64,000 nucleotides of DNA from Octopus sinensis (lineage: Eukaryota): positions 1-64,000 of the forward strand of contig NC_042999.1 in assembly GCF_006345805.1 (NCBI RefSeq). The letters are read 5' to 3'. Made by a program: the position numbers and the translations under genes. How positions within the stretch are numbered: position 1 is the stretch's first letter; each line of letters starts with the position of its first letter. Under the pieces are notes generated by a model. The model ran no database searches, was not told the origin of the DNA, and saw only the letters and a list, made by a program, of their open reading frames with translations. Shown one piece after another: positions 38,395-50,520 of the stretch.

Positions 38395-38526
38395 AAGTTT
38401 TGCCTTTGGTCGAATTCATGATTGAAGAGGATATTTCTGATGAAGAGGCTGTACAGATTTTGAATCATGCAATCCCCTTAAAGAAGTCTGAACCTGTAGA
38501 TAAATGGAAAGCTTCTCTTGAAGGCA
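38395..38526 (+). CDS. IFT122: IFT122 internal exon
   Basis: Polypyrimidine tract + CTACTGCAG|AA. Translates (E)VLPLVEFMIEEDISDEEAVQILNHAIPLKKSEPVDKWKASLEG, matching IFT122 DVLHLVEFYLEEGITDEEA. In frame with the previous exon. Donor is GTATCCTTTT. Confidence 0.9.
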
Positions 38527-40014
38527 GTATCCTTTTAGTCTGCTCTCATTTTAACACTGAGTGTTGATTTACAATATTGAAAACATATTAATTACCTCCC
38601 TTCTTTCTTTTTATATTGGCATTAAGCATGAATGAAAGAAGATGGCCTAGTGGTTAGGGTGTTGCATTTGTGATTGCAAGACAGTGGTTTCAATTCCTGG
38701 ACCAGGTAGTGCATAGTGTTTTTGCACCAAACTCTTCATTTCATGTTGCATCAGTCCACCCAGTCCTAGATGAGTAACTCTGTGACAGTTTGCCGTTTTG
38801 TTCAGGGAGGAATGTTGGGATCTCAGTCATTAATACATCAGGGAGACCATGTAACTGCCCCTATGAGTCCTAAGACCCGAGACAGTAGTGTCCAAAGGTT
38901 GATGATGATTATGCAGAAAAAACGTGTAGTCTATTGAATTTACCAACATCGCCTTACTGGCACCTCTGCTGGTGGCATGTGTAAAAAGATTTGAGCGCGG
39001 TCATTGCCAGTACTGCTTGACTGGCCCTCGTGCCGGTGGCATGTAAAAAGCACCCACTACACTCTCAGAGTGGCTGGCGTTAGGAAGGGCATCCAGCTGT
39101 AAAAACTCTGCTAGATCAAAATTGGAGCCTGGTGCAGCCATCTGGTTCGCCAGCCCTCAGTGAAAATCGTCCAACCCATGCTAGGATGGAAAGCGGACGT
39201 TAAACGATGATGATGATCATGATGATGATGTTACAAACCCCTATTTTTCTTTATCCAACTATTTTAAAAATAAAGTCAAGGAGTGGCTGTGTGGTAAGTA
39301 ACTTGCTTACCAACCACATGGTTCTGGGTTCATTCCCACTGCGTAGGACCTTGGGCAAGTGTCTTCTACTATAGCCTCGGGCCGATCAAAGTCTTGCGAG
39401 TGGATTTGGTAGATGGAAACTGAAAGAAGATCGACGTATATATGTATATATATATGTATGTGTGTGTATATGTTTGTGTGTCAAACAAACATATACACAC
39501 ACACATACATATATATATATATGGCATGTAAAAAGCACCATCCGACCGTGGCTGTTGCCAGCTTCGTCTGGTCCCCGTGCCGGTGGCACGTAAAAAGCAC
39601 CATCCGATCATGGCCGTTTGCCAGCCTCGTCTGGCACCTGTGCCAGTGGCACGTAAAAAGCACCCACTACACTCACGGAGTGGTTGGCGTTAGGAAGGGC
39701 ATCCAGCTGTAGAAACACTGCAAGATCAGGCTGGGCCTGGTGCAGACTTCTGGCTTCCCAGACCCCAGTTGAACCGTCCAACCCATGCTAGCATGGAAAG
39801 CGGACGTTAAACGATGATGATGATGATGATGATGATGATATATATATACATATATACAACAGGCTTCTTTCATCTACCAAATCCACTCACAAGGCTTTGG
39901 TTGGCCTGAGGCTGTACTAGAAGACACTTGCCCAAGGTGCCACACAGTGGGACTGAGCCTGGAACCATGTGGCTCATATGCAAGCTGGTGGTGCTGAAAA
40001 GTTCCTGGCTTTAA

Positions 40015-40496
40015 CCCTTTATTGTTCAAACCAACCTTATCCGGCTCAAATATTTCAGTTATTTTATGTTCAAACTGGCAAGATTCAGCTTTTTACACCT
40101 ACCCTAGAATGCCATTCAATAAAACTAAACAAACACACTGTTGAAATCTCAAAACTATAAGATCATCATCATCGTTTAACGTCCGTTCTCCATGCTAGCA
40201 TGGGTTAGACGGTTCGACCGGGGATCTGGGAAGCTAGAAGGCTGCACCAGGCTCCAGTCTTATCTGGCAATGTTTCTACAGCTGGATGCCCTTCCTAACG
40301 CCCACCACTCCGTGAGTGTTTGTGCATTATTTACATTATTTACATTTGACGAATATTTGTCCTAATCTTGTTTGTTGTTAACACAACGTTTCCTCTTCTC
40401 TTAAATATAGAACTGTATAAGATAATGTTTGATTAATTAAAAATGATCAGAATAAATAAGCATTACATTTTGCAGAGTAAGCTGAATGCTAAAGGG
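40015..40496 (+). mobile_element. piggyBac-like MITE interrupted by a nested retroposon fragment
   Basis: TTAA|CCCTTT ... AAAGGG|TTAA. The nested insert at ~40161-40420 is flanked by TATAAGAT on both sides. Confidence 0.75.
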
Positions 40497-42453
40497 TTAA
40501 GAGTATCATGAATTACCTGGCTAGAAGCCCAACCTTCCAAGCTCCTTCACAAGACTTAGAAAACCTGAAGGACCACTGCAGTGTGTTAATCTGAGAGGGG
40601 AATTTGTTGTTTGTTCCTTTCCGAGCCATGCCTGGCTCATAAGGGCTGGTTTCCTGGTTTCCTTGGCGTAAAGGTTCCCCACCTGGACAGGACACCGGTC
40701 TGTTGCAGGTGAGCTGCAAGATGCAGGAGGAAAGAGTGAGAGAAAGTAGTGGTGCAAGAGTTAGCAGAAGTTCACCATTACCTTCTGCTGGAGCCGCGTG
40801 GACCTTAGGTGTTTCGCTCATAAACACACACATCGCCTGTTCTGAGATTCGAACCCGCGATCCCTTGCTCTAACCACTAGGCTGCGTGCCTCCATAAATA
40901 TATTGAATAAAATCATAATCAACTGATTCTCCTTTTACTCAAAGTGAGGAACTTCTCAGTCACCCCCTCATATTTATTTTTGGGATGTCTGTGTATATAT
41001 GACAGGCTTCTTTCATTTTCTGTCTCCACATCCACCCACAAAACTTTGATCAGCCTAGTGAATCATAAAAAAATACCTTTCTGAGGTGCTTTGCAGTGGG
41101 ACTGAACCTGGAAATATGTAGTGGAAGCAAACGTCTCACCTCACAGCCACATCTATGCTCTATTGTTTATTGAATTTTGTTTCATTGGAAACAGTCAGAG
41201 AATTCTTTTCTTTACTGCAGAATAATTTCTCCACGAAACACACACTGACTTCATTATCTGTGTTTGACATATAACAATAAGCAATGAGCCGAAAGTACCC
41301 CTTATCTTGGCCATTAAGCATTTAGAGGACAGCAAGTTGTTTTCTCCTTAACTACTTGCTTGCATCTAACAACAATCGTACCAGATATATAAGTGGATCC
41401 TGGCAGATGGATATCATTTCTGATAGAATACAATAACATTCTAATTGAGTTATCACATTCATTGAAGCAGCTCTTTACCATTCTCGTTTCTTTGTTGGAT
41501 TTTTAGAAAAAATCTCTTTCATTATGTTGTATTGTTCTTACTTTTGTTTCGAAAGGATATAAGCTTGCGTATACATCAGCGTGGTGGGTTTTGTTTCCTG
41601 TATTATGATTTTTTTTCTTCTTGTTTCTCTCTAAATATTTGTATCCTACCAATTAATAATGATGTACTTAAGGAGTTTGATGCAATGTTCTTGAAGGAAC
41701 TGTTAACAGCACTTGATGTAGATTCAAGCTAATGGGAAGTCTTATATTCGGATTTCATTCCTAATTTGCAAAGTGCCTTAATGCATCGCTGTCCTGTTGT
41801 GTGCACTCCTAATATGTACGTACACACAAAGCATGCACACATGTATACCCACAGATGTTCACACATGCATATATGTATTGCACACACTGCACACAGTCAA
41901 ACATATTTGCATTCACATATGCATTGCACACAGATACATACATGCACATACAAACATGAGCACACACAAATACATCTATACATACTCACACACTTGCACT
42001 CACATATGCATTGCACTGCATACATATATGCACACTCAGAGATAGACATGCATACACATACATACACACCTGCACACACAAATACACATATGCACTGCAC
42101 ATACATATGAACACATGACGCACACACAGACATATACACATACATACATAAACACATGCACATAGATACACATGCATCACTGCACTGTGCACACATATAT
42201 GCACACACGGAGATAGACATGCACACACATACATACACAAGTGCACACACACAAATACACACACACATATATATACACATACATACACAAACACATGCAC
42301 ATAGATACACATGCATCACAAATATACTCACACACACACACACATGTGCACACACGTATCTAAGTATGCTCCTGGGTTGTTTTAATGAAGTCTTTTATAA
42401 GAGAAACTGTTCTTTCATACTTAGAAATTTCAGCTTTAATTTGTTTACATTAC

Positions 42454-42522
<69 letters not shown>

Positions 42523-43021
42523 CATTATTATTACCATTATCTAAACTCTAGTAAACTTTCATTTAAAATGCAGTGAAATTACACAAAACACAAAAAAATC
42601 ATTGGTCGACTTCAGTATTTGTCTTCTTTTCAAAAATCTTTTCAGTAAAATTGTCATAGGGTGTAAAGCCCTGAAACTACTGAGCATCTTCATGGATTTT
42701 CTTACCATTTTTTTTTCTGTTCAACTACATTGTCTTAGTATCAGTAAATTTTGAAAATAATGGAGAATCTAGTAGAATAACTCTGCCATTATTAAAGTTG
42801 GTGTTCTGGAGCAGAAATTAGCATGAAATTTTGATAATGGATGCAGGTGTGACTGTGTGGTAAGAAGCTTGCTTCTCAACCATATGGTTCTGGGTTCAGT
42901 CCCACTGCATGGTACCTTCGGCAAGTGACTTCTACTATAACTTTGGATAAAACCAAAGCCTTGTGAGTGGATTTGGTAGATGGAAATTGAAAGGAGCTCA
43001 TCACATATATATATATATATA

Positions 43022-43406
43022 CTAGCAGTATCGCCCGGCGTTGCTTGGGTTTGTTTCGACCCTTTAGGATTGGAATTTTTGAAAAGTAAAAACTTTGCAT
43101 TATGTAGCTTGTTATTCTCTTTAAGTGATCATTTTTCTGGTTGAAATACACCGAAAAATGGTGAACAGCAGTCAAAAAATCGTAAAAAATAGGGATTTTC
43201 ATAGAAAAAAAATCACCTTTTTGATTAAAATAATTTTTGGTGTTAACATGGTCTGATTTGGATTTTTTTCTTCTGCTGAAGGAAGAGCAAGCCTTCTTCT
43301 ATCATACTCTCAATTTTTGTCAACTTGTGCTGCAGGGTCTCGGAGGAAGATAGTGTTAGTTGAAGGTTATCAAACCTGCCATACACAGACAACTTCAGCT
43401 TTATAT
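43022..43406 (-). mobile_element. Non-autonomous Helitron
   Basis: A|CTAGCAGTATCGCCCGGCGTTGCTTGGG on +. Its 5' end is abutted by a (CAT)n retroposon tail. Confidence 0.75.
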
Positions 43407-43784
43407 CATCATCATCGTCTAATGTCCGCTTTCCATGCTAGCATGGGTTGGATGGTTTAACTGGGGTCTAGGAAGCCCGAAGGCTGTACCAGGCCAGTCA
43501 GATCTGGCAGTGTTTCTACAGCTGGATGCCCTTCTTAACGCCAACCACTCCGTGAGTGTAGTGGGTGCTTTTTATGTGCCACCAACACAGGTGCCAGACG
43601 AGGCTGGCGAATGGTCACGCTCGGATGGTGTTTTTTACATGCCACCAGCACGGAGGCCAGTCGATGCGGTGATGGCTACGGCCACGTTTGTATGTTTCTC
43701 TTATGTGCCACCGGCACTGGTACCACAAACTACAAATTCCATTGATGTGGATCGATTTCGATTTGATTTGATTCTTCGATTTTG

Positions 43785-43850
<66 letters not shown>

Positions 43851-44559
43851 TTTGAAAATAATGTCCATTACCAACTCTATCACTACCAGCATTATAATTG
43901 TCATTAGCAACACTATCACTATCATAACCAACATTATCACCACTATAACCAGACTATCACTACCATTACCAACACTATTACAGTCATTATCTATATTACC
44001 ACCAACACTACCTCCAAAACTATCACCCCCTCCCACCACCACTATAATCCCCACCACTGCCACCATGTTATTGCATTTGATGTCAAACATGTATTATTGA
44101 TAATGAAGTTTTTCTGCGAAATTAACCGCTGTTAGCACAAAATTGAATAAAAAGGGGGAAGTTAAAGCCAGCTGCTGTAATTTATGTTCTTAGAAGTTAG
44201 GGATGTCATAGAGTTAGAAGCTGAAATAAACCACATTGTTTTACCTGACTCTTAACTGGCAGCCAACAAACATTATTTGATTAATAATGTGATGCTTCAA
44301 CTTTGCATTTTCCCCCTATAATCATTGCATGGCTTGCTTGCTGGCTTTCTCTGTGTTTGCCTCAATACATGGCTGTTTTGTGTGCATGTATTTATGCTTG
44401 TGTAAATGTTTATGGGCAAGCAGCAGTGTGCTTCACTCTGTTGATGTGTTTCTTAGTAGAAATGGCTGAACACTGGAAGAAATGGCTAAGAAGAATATTT
44501 CGTTTCAGTACTCACAAATAGATGAAGTTTTCAAGTTCAAATTCTGCCTAGGTTTACAG

Positions 44560-44835
44560 CAGTGTTTCCCAAACATTTTTAGGCTGCCGACCCCTTGATA
44601 TCCTGACCACATTCCTAGCACTCCTACCCCAACTAACCATCACAAACATAGACCCCTTTCTGAAGCAAATTCAAAGCAACTGTATTTCACAAATAAAACT
44701 TAACCTAATGGACACATTATTTTATTGTTTTTACATGAATCACTACCCCTTTAGCACTCCACTTTTTACATGAATCGCTACCCCAACATCACCCCACTTT
44801 TCCTCAACACCCCCTTGAAACTTTGGGAACCACTG
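44560..44835. mobile_element. hAT-type MITE
   Basis: TIR CAGTGTTTCCCAAA / TTTGGGAACCACTG with a perfect 8-bp TSD GTTTACAG. Confidence 0.9.
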
Positions 44836-45419
44836 GTTTACAGCATAAGTGGTTATTTGACTGGAAACTATGGCTGCTGTTTATAGTTCCTTACAGAGTA
44901 AGACAGAGAGAGAGAGAGAGAGAGAGAGAGGCATTGAGATGACAGAGAGGGTGAATATTCTCTTTAAGGGGAAAGAACCACATCAGGATTTATATTTTAT
45001 TTTTGTTTTTGTTCCTTTTTTTCCTTATCTTAAGAGGTCTTTTCCCTATTATTGAAAGAATATGTTTCCACATTTCAATAAAATCCACTTATTGCATATG
45101 GCACTATTTTACAATATTTTACAATATTTTACAATATTTTAAATCATTTTTGGTGTCTCATATTTGCCAGTGTAAGAAACTCTGTCTTTTCCGGTTAATC
45201 ACAATGCCACAAGAATTTGAACCTCATTGTTTTAAGGTCCACTTTTTCATGCATGGCTTGAATTCTGATATTCTTCTAAAACATGTTAGGTCGTAGTGGT
45301 GGTGGGGGAATTGCCTTGCTTGAAAGCAGGTGATGTTTGGTGACAGGAAGGCCGTCTGACCATGGAAAGTCTGCTTCAATAAACTCTGTCTGACACATAC
45401 AAGCATGGAAAAGTAGACG

Positions 45420-45428
45420 TTAAAACAC

Positions 45429-45472
<44 letters not shown>

Positions 45473-45867
45473 GGGATGAGGATGGTGGTGGTGGCGATGA
45501 CTGTCATCATTACGGTGGGGGTGGGGGGTGATCTTTAGATTATCCTCTTGAGATGACGGGATGCTAAAATGACCACCGGTTGTGTATTGGCTTGAATTAA
45601 TTCTACTGCATCATGTTATGTATGTGACGTCGTGCCATACTGGCATCATCATCATCGTTATCCTCCTCCTCATCATCATCTTCATCATCATCATCCTCAT
45701 CATCATCATCTTCATCATCATCATTATCATCATCATCATCATCATTATCCTTCTGCTCTTCCTCCCCCTCCTCATCATCATAATCATCATCTTCATCATC
45801 ATCATCTTCATCCTCCTCATCCTCCTCCTCCTCATCATCATCTTCATCATCATCATCCTCCTCCTCC

Positions 45868-45898
<31 letters not shown>

Positions 45899-45900
45899 GA
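45420..45900. repeat. (GAT)n and (CAT/CCT)n simple repeats
   Basis: Direct reading; ends ~90 bp before the U12 branch site. Confidence 0.9.
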
Positions 45901-46009
45901 TTGTCTCTAACCACACTGCTATTTATCAGAATTCCTCGTCACAGCTGTTGCTGTCAGCTTAAATTCTGTGCTGAGTTCAATCCAGATTCTTCCTTATCAG
46001 TCGTACCAG

Positions 46010-46086
46010 ATTCAGAAAGATTAGTTTTCAATGACACGGATGAAGAAGGCCAAGATCCATTTATTGGAAGATTACTAAGCATTGAG
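46010..46086 (+). CDS. IFT122: IFT122 internal exon
   Basis: (N)SERLVFNDTDEEGQDPFIGRLLSIE resembles IFT122 ...GDEDPFTAKLSFE. Acceptor TACCAG| is phase-1 compatible; donor GAG|GTAAAT. An alternative in-phase acceptor exists at 45985. Confidence 0.8.
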
Positions 46087-46989
46087 GTAAATTGATTTCA
46101 TAGCTTTTATCCTGTTTATTTTTTTGTCTCCTTCATCCTGTTTTAGTTAATTTTTTTAATTTGTTTGTTAAACCTCCCCCTCTCCCTCTTTGGATGTGTA
46201 TGTATTTCTGCCATGTTTTCTCAGCGTCAACCTACTTTACCCTGTTTTTTGTTCTTTTACTTCATCTTTGTGTGTGTGTGTTTTTTTTTTTATTTTTAAA
46301 TTATATATGAAGTGTTCCATATTTTTCTAATGGCGGTGCCCCAGCATGGCCACAGCTAATTAGCTGAAACTGGAAAAATCAAAATCAAAATCATATATAT
46401 ATATATATATATATATTTATAAATGAGGGTGAAAAATTGATATTAGTTTAATTTAACACCGAGTGGTTTAGCACAAAAAACTACGGAGAAAATACAAATT
46501 TATACATAAATTATTAGAGAGTTACAACTATGTGGATAACTCTAGTGCTAAAAATAGCTCCGATAGTATAGCCACAGAAAAAGATGTTTCCAATTAGAAA
46601 TAACATACATTTAACGGAAGGAAAGTGAAATATAACAAATAAATATACTATCTGTGGCTATACTATCGGAGCTATTTTTAGCACTAGAGTTATCCACATA
46701 GTTATATATATATATATATGTGTGTGTGTGTATGTTGATATCAATTTATCTATCTATCTGTCAGTGTATCTATCTATCTATCTAGATAGATAGATACATA
46801 GATAGATAGATAGATCCAAGATATATGTATACATATATGTGTATTTATCTAATTGAAGAAACATACACACATGTGGAACGCAAAAGGGAACAAAAATGTA
46901 AGCCTAAAGACTTAACGAACTTTTCCTTTTTTTCCTTTTTCTTTTCATTTCCCTTTTTCTCCTATATATTCCTCTGATCAACTCTAAAT

Positions 46990-47067
46990 CATTCTGACGA
47001 TGTTTGTTAAATAGAACGAGAAAATGCAAATTTACTTCGAAATAATAAACTGAAACAGCTGTAAATG
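46990..47067 (+). ncRNA. Hammerhead ribozyme-like motif
   Basis: catt-CTGACGA-tgtttgtta..taataaact-GAAAC-AGCT-GTA-aatg. Intact core, 8-bp stem II above a U.U pair, palindromic AGCT loop. Confidence 0.65.
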
Positions 47068-47650
47068 TTCTTGAACTACAATTAAACTATGACATTTTAA
47101 TGCCAATAATCAACTCCTAACTGTTAATTCTTGCTCCATTTCTTTTCTTATCTGAATATATTAAACCACGTTTTTACCATATAGATTACCAACAACTGTT
47201 AGCCTTATAGCAAGGTCTATACATAGTGAGGTAATACACCAGTAGTACCTATGGATACATTTATCCCTTACATGCTTGCATAGCCTCTGACTCATAATTT
47301 TTTATATGTGAATATATAAGTTTATATACGTGTGTGTGTGTATACTATTTTATCAAAGGTGAGTAAATTTTCACAAACTGTTACTCAGAGTTTCACAAGA
47401 TTTTTTTCAGCTTTAATAAAACAGTATATTACTCTGCCTTCAGTATTTGAGTACTACTTTTTCCATCTTGTTTTGCACTTATGTGCTTACTTGTGCATGT
47501 ATATGTATGTGTGTGTATATGTATGTGTGTGTGTGTGTATTTAGAGAAAGAGAGAGATAGTAAGATAGATCTAGATGTAGGTATGTGCATGTGTATATAT
47601 GTTTGATTACATACATGTATGTATATATATACTTGTATATATATACATAA

Positions 47651-47683
<33 letters not shown>

Positions 47684-47770
47684 CTGTAATTATTGTCTGA
47701 CACCGCTTCGCGTCGGGTTCGTTCGATTCTTCGCTTCGTTCCGTTTCTTATCCTCCCAGTATTGTTTTAT

Positions 47771-47805
<35 letters not shown>

Positions 47806-47964
47806 ATGTATATACATATCTATATATCTTTATACACACACACAGACACACACATACACACACATATATGTACGACAAGAAATAATTTTTGCTTCTTTTT
47901 ATGGAGACAAAAGAAGTTTATAAGACTGCAAAAAAAAAAGTGGTCAAATGAGATTGAGACATGT

Positions 47965-47996
<32 letters not shown>

Positions 47997-49312
47997 TATA
48001 TGTATATAACACCTCTCTTCGTGATAGTATTTGTTTCCTTTGTCTCAATTATGTTATAGTTTAATAACTTTACTAATCTTCTTCACAATAACCACAGAAT
48101 CATTAAGTAGGAAGGCCATCAACAAGAGCTTTTCTCTTTTTTCTCTTCTTCACTTCTGTCCAGCACAGAATTTTATAATTGAAAAAAAAACAAAAAAAAA
48201 ACACATTCCTGTTAAAAGCATCATTACAATATTTGCTATTGAATAATTCAATAAGAATTATTGAAATCAGTCCTATGTCTAATTTTTTTTCGTATTTTTT
48301 CCAATTATTCAATTTTTTTTCCATTTTTTTTTGTCTTTTTTTTTGTTTTTATTAAGCAACAAATTAATTTCCTTGTTTTGGTCTCTGAATCTGGACATTA
48401 TCATAAGGTTCTCAACCAGAGTAAACCAATGTGTGATTGTGTGTTTCCATTACTTTTCCTGAATAGCCATGGAGTATAAAACTTTTTTTTTATAAGTTGT
48501 GACGCTCATGCTTTTATGAGGAGCTGTAGTGGCACAAGTCAAGTGGAAATGGTTTCTGCTGAAAATCAGTCGGAGTTTACCGATACTTCATGGCGCTTAG
48601 GTTTACTTTTAGAGATGTGTTGCCTTTTATCTTTTACTTGATTCAGTTATTAGACCACAGCCATGCTGGAGCACCACCTTGATGTATTTTTAGTTCAATG
48701 AATCGGCCCCGGTAGTTTCTTTTAGCTGTCTGATACTTATTATATCTGTCCCTTTTGCCAAACTGCTAAGTCATGGGGATGTAAACAAACTAACACCATT
48801 TGTCAAGCAGTGGTGGGATACAAACACAGGCACAAAGACACACACACATGATGGGCTTCTTTCAGTTTTGTCTGCCAAATCCACTCACAAGGCTTTGTTT
48901 GGCCCGAGACTATAGCAGAAGACGGTTGTCCAAGGTGCCAAGCAGAGGGATTGAACCCAAATAACTTCTCTAATAGAGGCCAAAAACTTAGATTGACCCC
49001 AGTGCATAACTGGTACTTAATTTATAGCCCTTGAAAGGATGAAAGACAAAGTGAACCTTAGTAGAATTGGAACTCAGAACATAATGACCTACAAAATGCC
49101 ACTATGCATTTTACTCAGCATGCTAACAGTTCTACCAGCTTACCACTTTACCTTAAGTTATTAATTAATAATTAATTCTTTTATTAGCCACAAGGGCTTT
49201 AGTTGTTAATTAATAATAAATTACAGTTATATAATCTTTAAATAAATTGTTTCCATTATTGCTGTTTCCATATTAACACATGTTTTTTCAAGACCTTTAT
49301 GTCCCTCTAATG

Positions 49313-49969
49313 CAGCGTTTCTCAACTGGGGTTCCCTGGAACCCTAGAGTTCCACAAAACGTTCCTATGGGTACCACGAGAAAGAGAGAGATAAGCTAAT
49401 GCTAATTTCATGATTGTAATATTACTACACATGAGCAACATATTATTGGTTATTGTAATATTGTAATATGGACATCATCCTATCTAACCTATTATGTTAT
49501 CAAAAAAATATAACAACCATATATGGGGGGGCTCCGAAAGAGGTCTCAGGGAATTGCATCCCTGCCTTCCTGAGCTAGTTTTCCCACCACATTTCTTAAA
49601 AATCATGGTAGAGGCCTTAGTCTTGGGACCACTCATGACTAGAAACTGAGGTTGGGGGTAAGCAAGGGCATGCTCCCTGTAGAAAAGCCTCATGATAGCA
49701 AAGAAGAATGGGCACCAGCCAGCCCAAAGGTTGGGGTGGGCTGCACTTGCCAATTTCGGTTGCTATGGCATTGAGGTAGATCCGTCTACTCTCATAATGG
49801 GGGGCAAAATCTGGATTTAAAACATTAGATGATGATGATTACCATGTGAACTACGATGCAAAAAATGAGAAAGATATAGTATATATATTTTTTTTGTGCA
49901 GGGGTTCCTTTGTGAGGCATGTAATTTATTTTAAGGGTTACGCAAGGGTAAAAATGTTGAGAAACACTG
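49313..49969. mobile_element. hAT-type MITE with a nested (GAT)n-tailed retroposon end
   Basis: TIR CAGCGTTTCTCAAC / GTTGAGAAACACTG; 8-bp TSD CTCTAATG/CTCTAATA. Confidence 0.8.
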
Positions 49970-50302
49970 CTCTAATATATGTAAAGCCTAACAAATTAAA
50001 TATTTTCATTCTTGCTTTTTGGGGCCTCTTCTTCCTTTCCATCCCAACAAATTACAAAAATTTCTCTTTCTCAATGGATACTCTTTTACTTGTTTCAGTC
50101 ATTTGACTGCGGCCATGCTGGAGCACTGTCTTTAGTCGAGCAAATCAACCCCAGGACTTTTTGGAAGCCTAGTACTTATTCTATTGGTCTCTTTTGCCGA
50201 ACCGCTAAGTTATGGGGACGTAAACACACCAGCATCGGTTGTCAAGTAATGTTGGGGGGGACAAACACAGACACACACACACACACACACATAAATATAC
50301 AT

Positions 50303-50520
50303 AAGTTAAGTTAAGTTGATATTTTGGCTCAAAAAGCAAACGCAAGGCCATGTAGGGGGACATGGAGTTATATATAGGGAGGGTGTTCATTCAAAAAGTT
50401 CAGGCCATTTCTGGTCAAGAGAGTCTTTGAACCGAGCGGTCGTTGGTATCTTCACTATCTCGTCTGGCAGCTTATTCCACGGATCCGCAACCCGGACCGA
50501 GAAAGCCCCTCTCCTTCGAT
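50303..50520 (-). mobile_element. CR1-clade LINE 3' end nested in a SINE
   Basis: Minus strand translates RRRGAFSVRVADPWNKLPDEIVKIPTTARFKDSLDQKWPELFE*, the CR1/L2 C-terminal motif. (AACTT)n tail. Confidence 0.85.

Larger units (their letters stand above)
38527..46009 (+). other. IFT122: U12-type (minor spliceosome) GT-AG intron of IFT122, 7483 bp
   Basis: 5' end GTATCCTTTT is the U12 consensus. Branch-site-like TTCCTTATC (45990-45998, 8/9 to TTCCTTAAC) lies 13 nt before the AG, with no polypyrimidine tract. Confidence 0.8.

Noticed and set aside
41532-41732. ORF ending NNDVLKEFDAMFLKELLTALDVDSS
   Set aside because: No splice signals or recognisable homology; short enough to be chance.
45582-45962. 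Acidic or His-rich ORFs near the IFT122 exon
   Set aside because: (CAT/CCT)n simple repeat inside the intron.
45929-45985. Alternative acceptors for the third IFT122 exon
   Set aside because: The AG at 45929 is out of phase. The AG at 45985 is in phase but has a poorer U12 branch site than 46009. It is not fully excluded.
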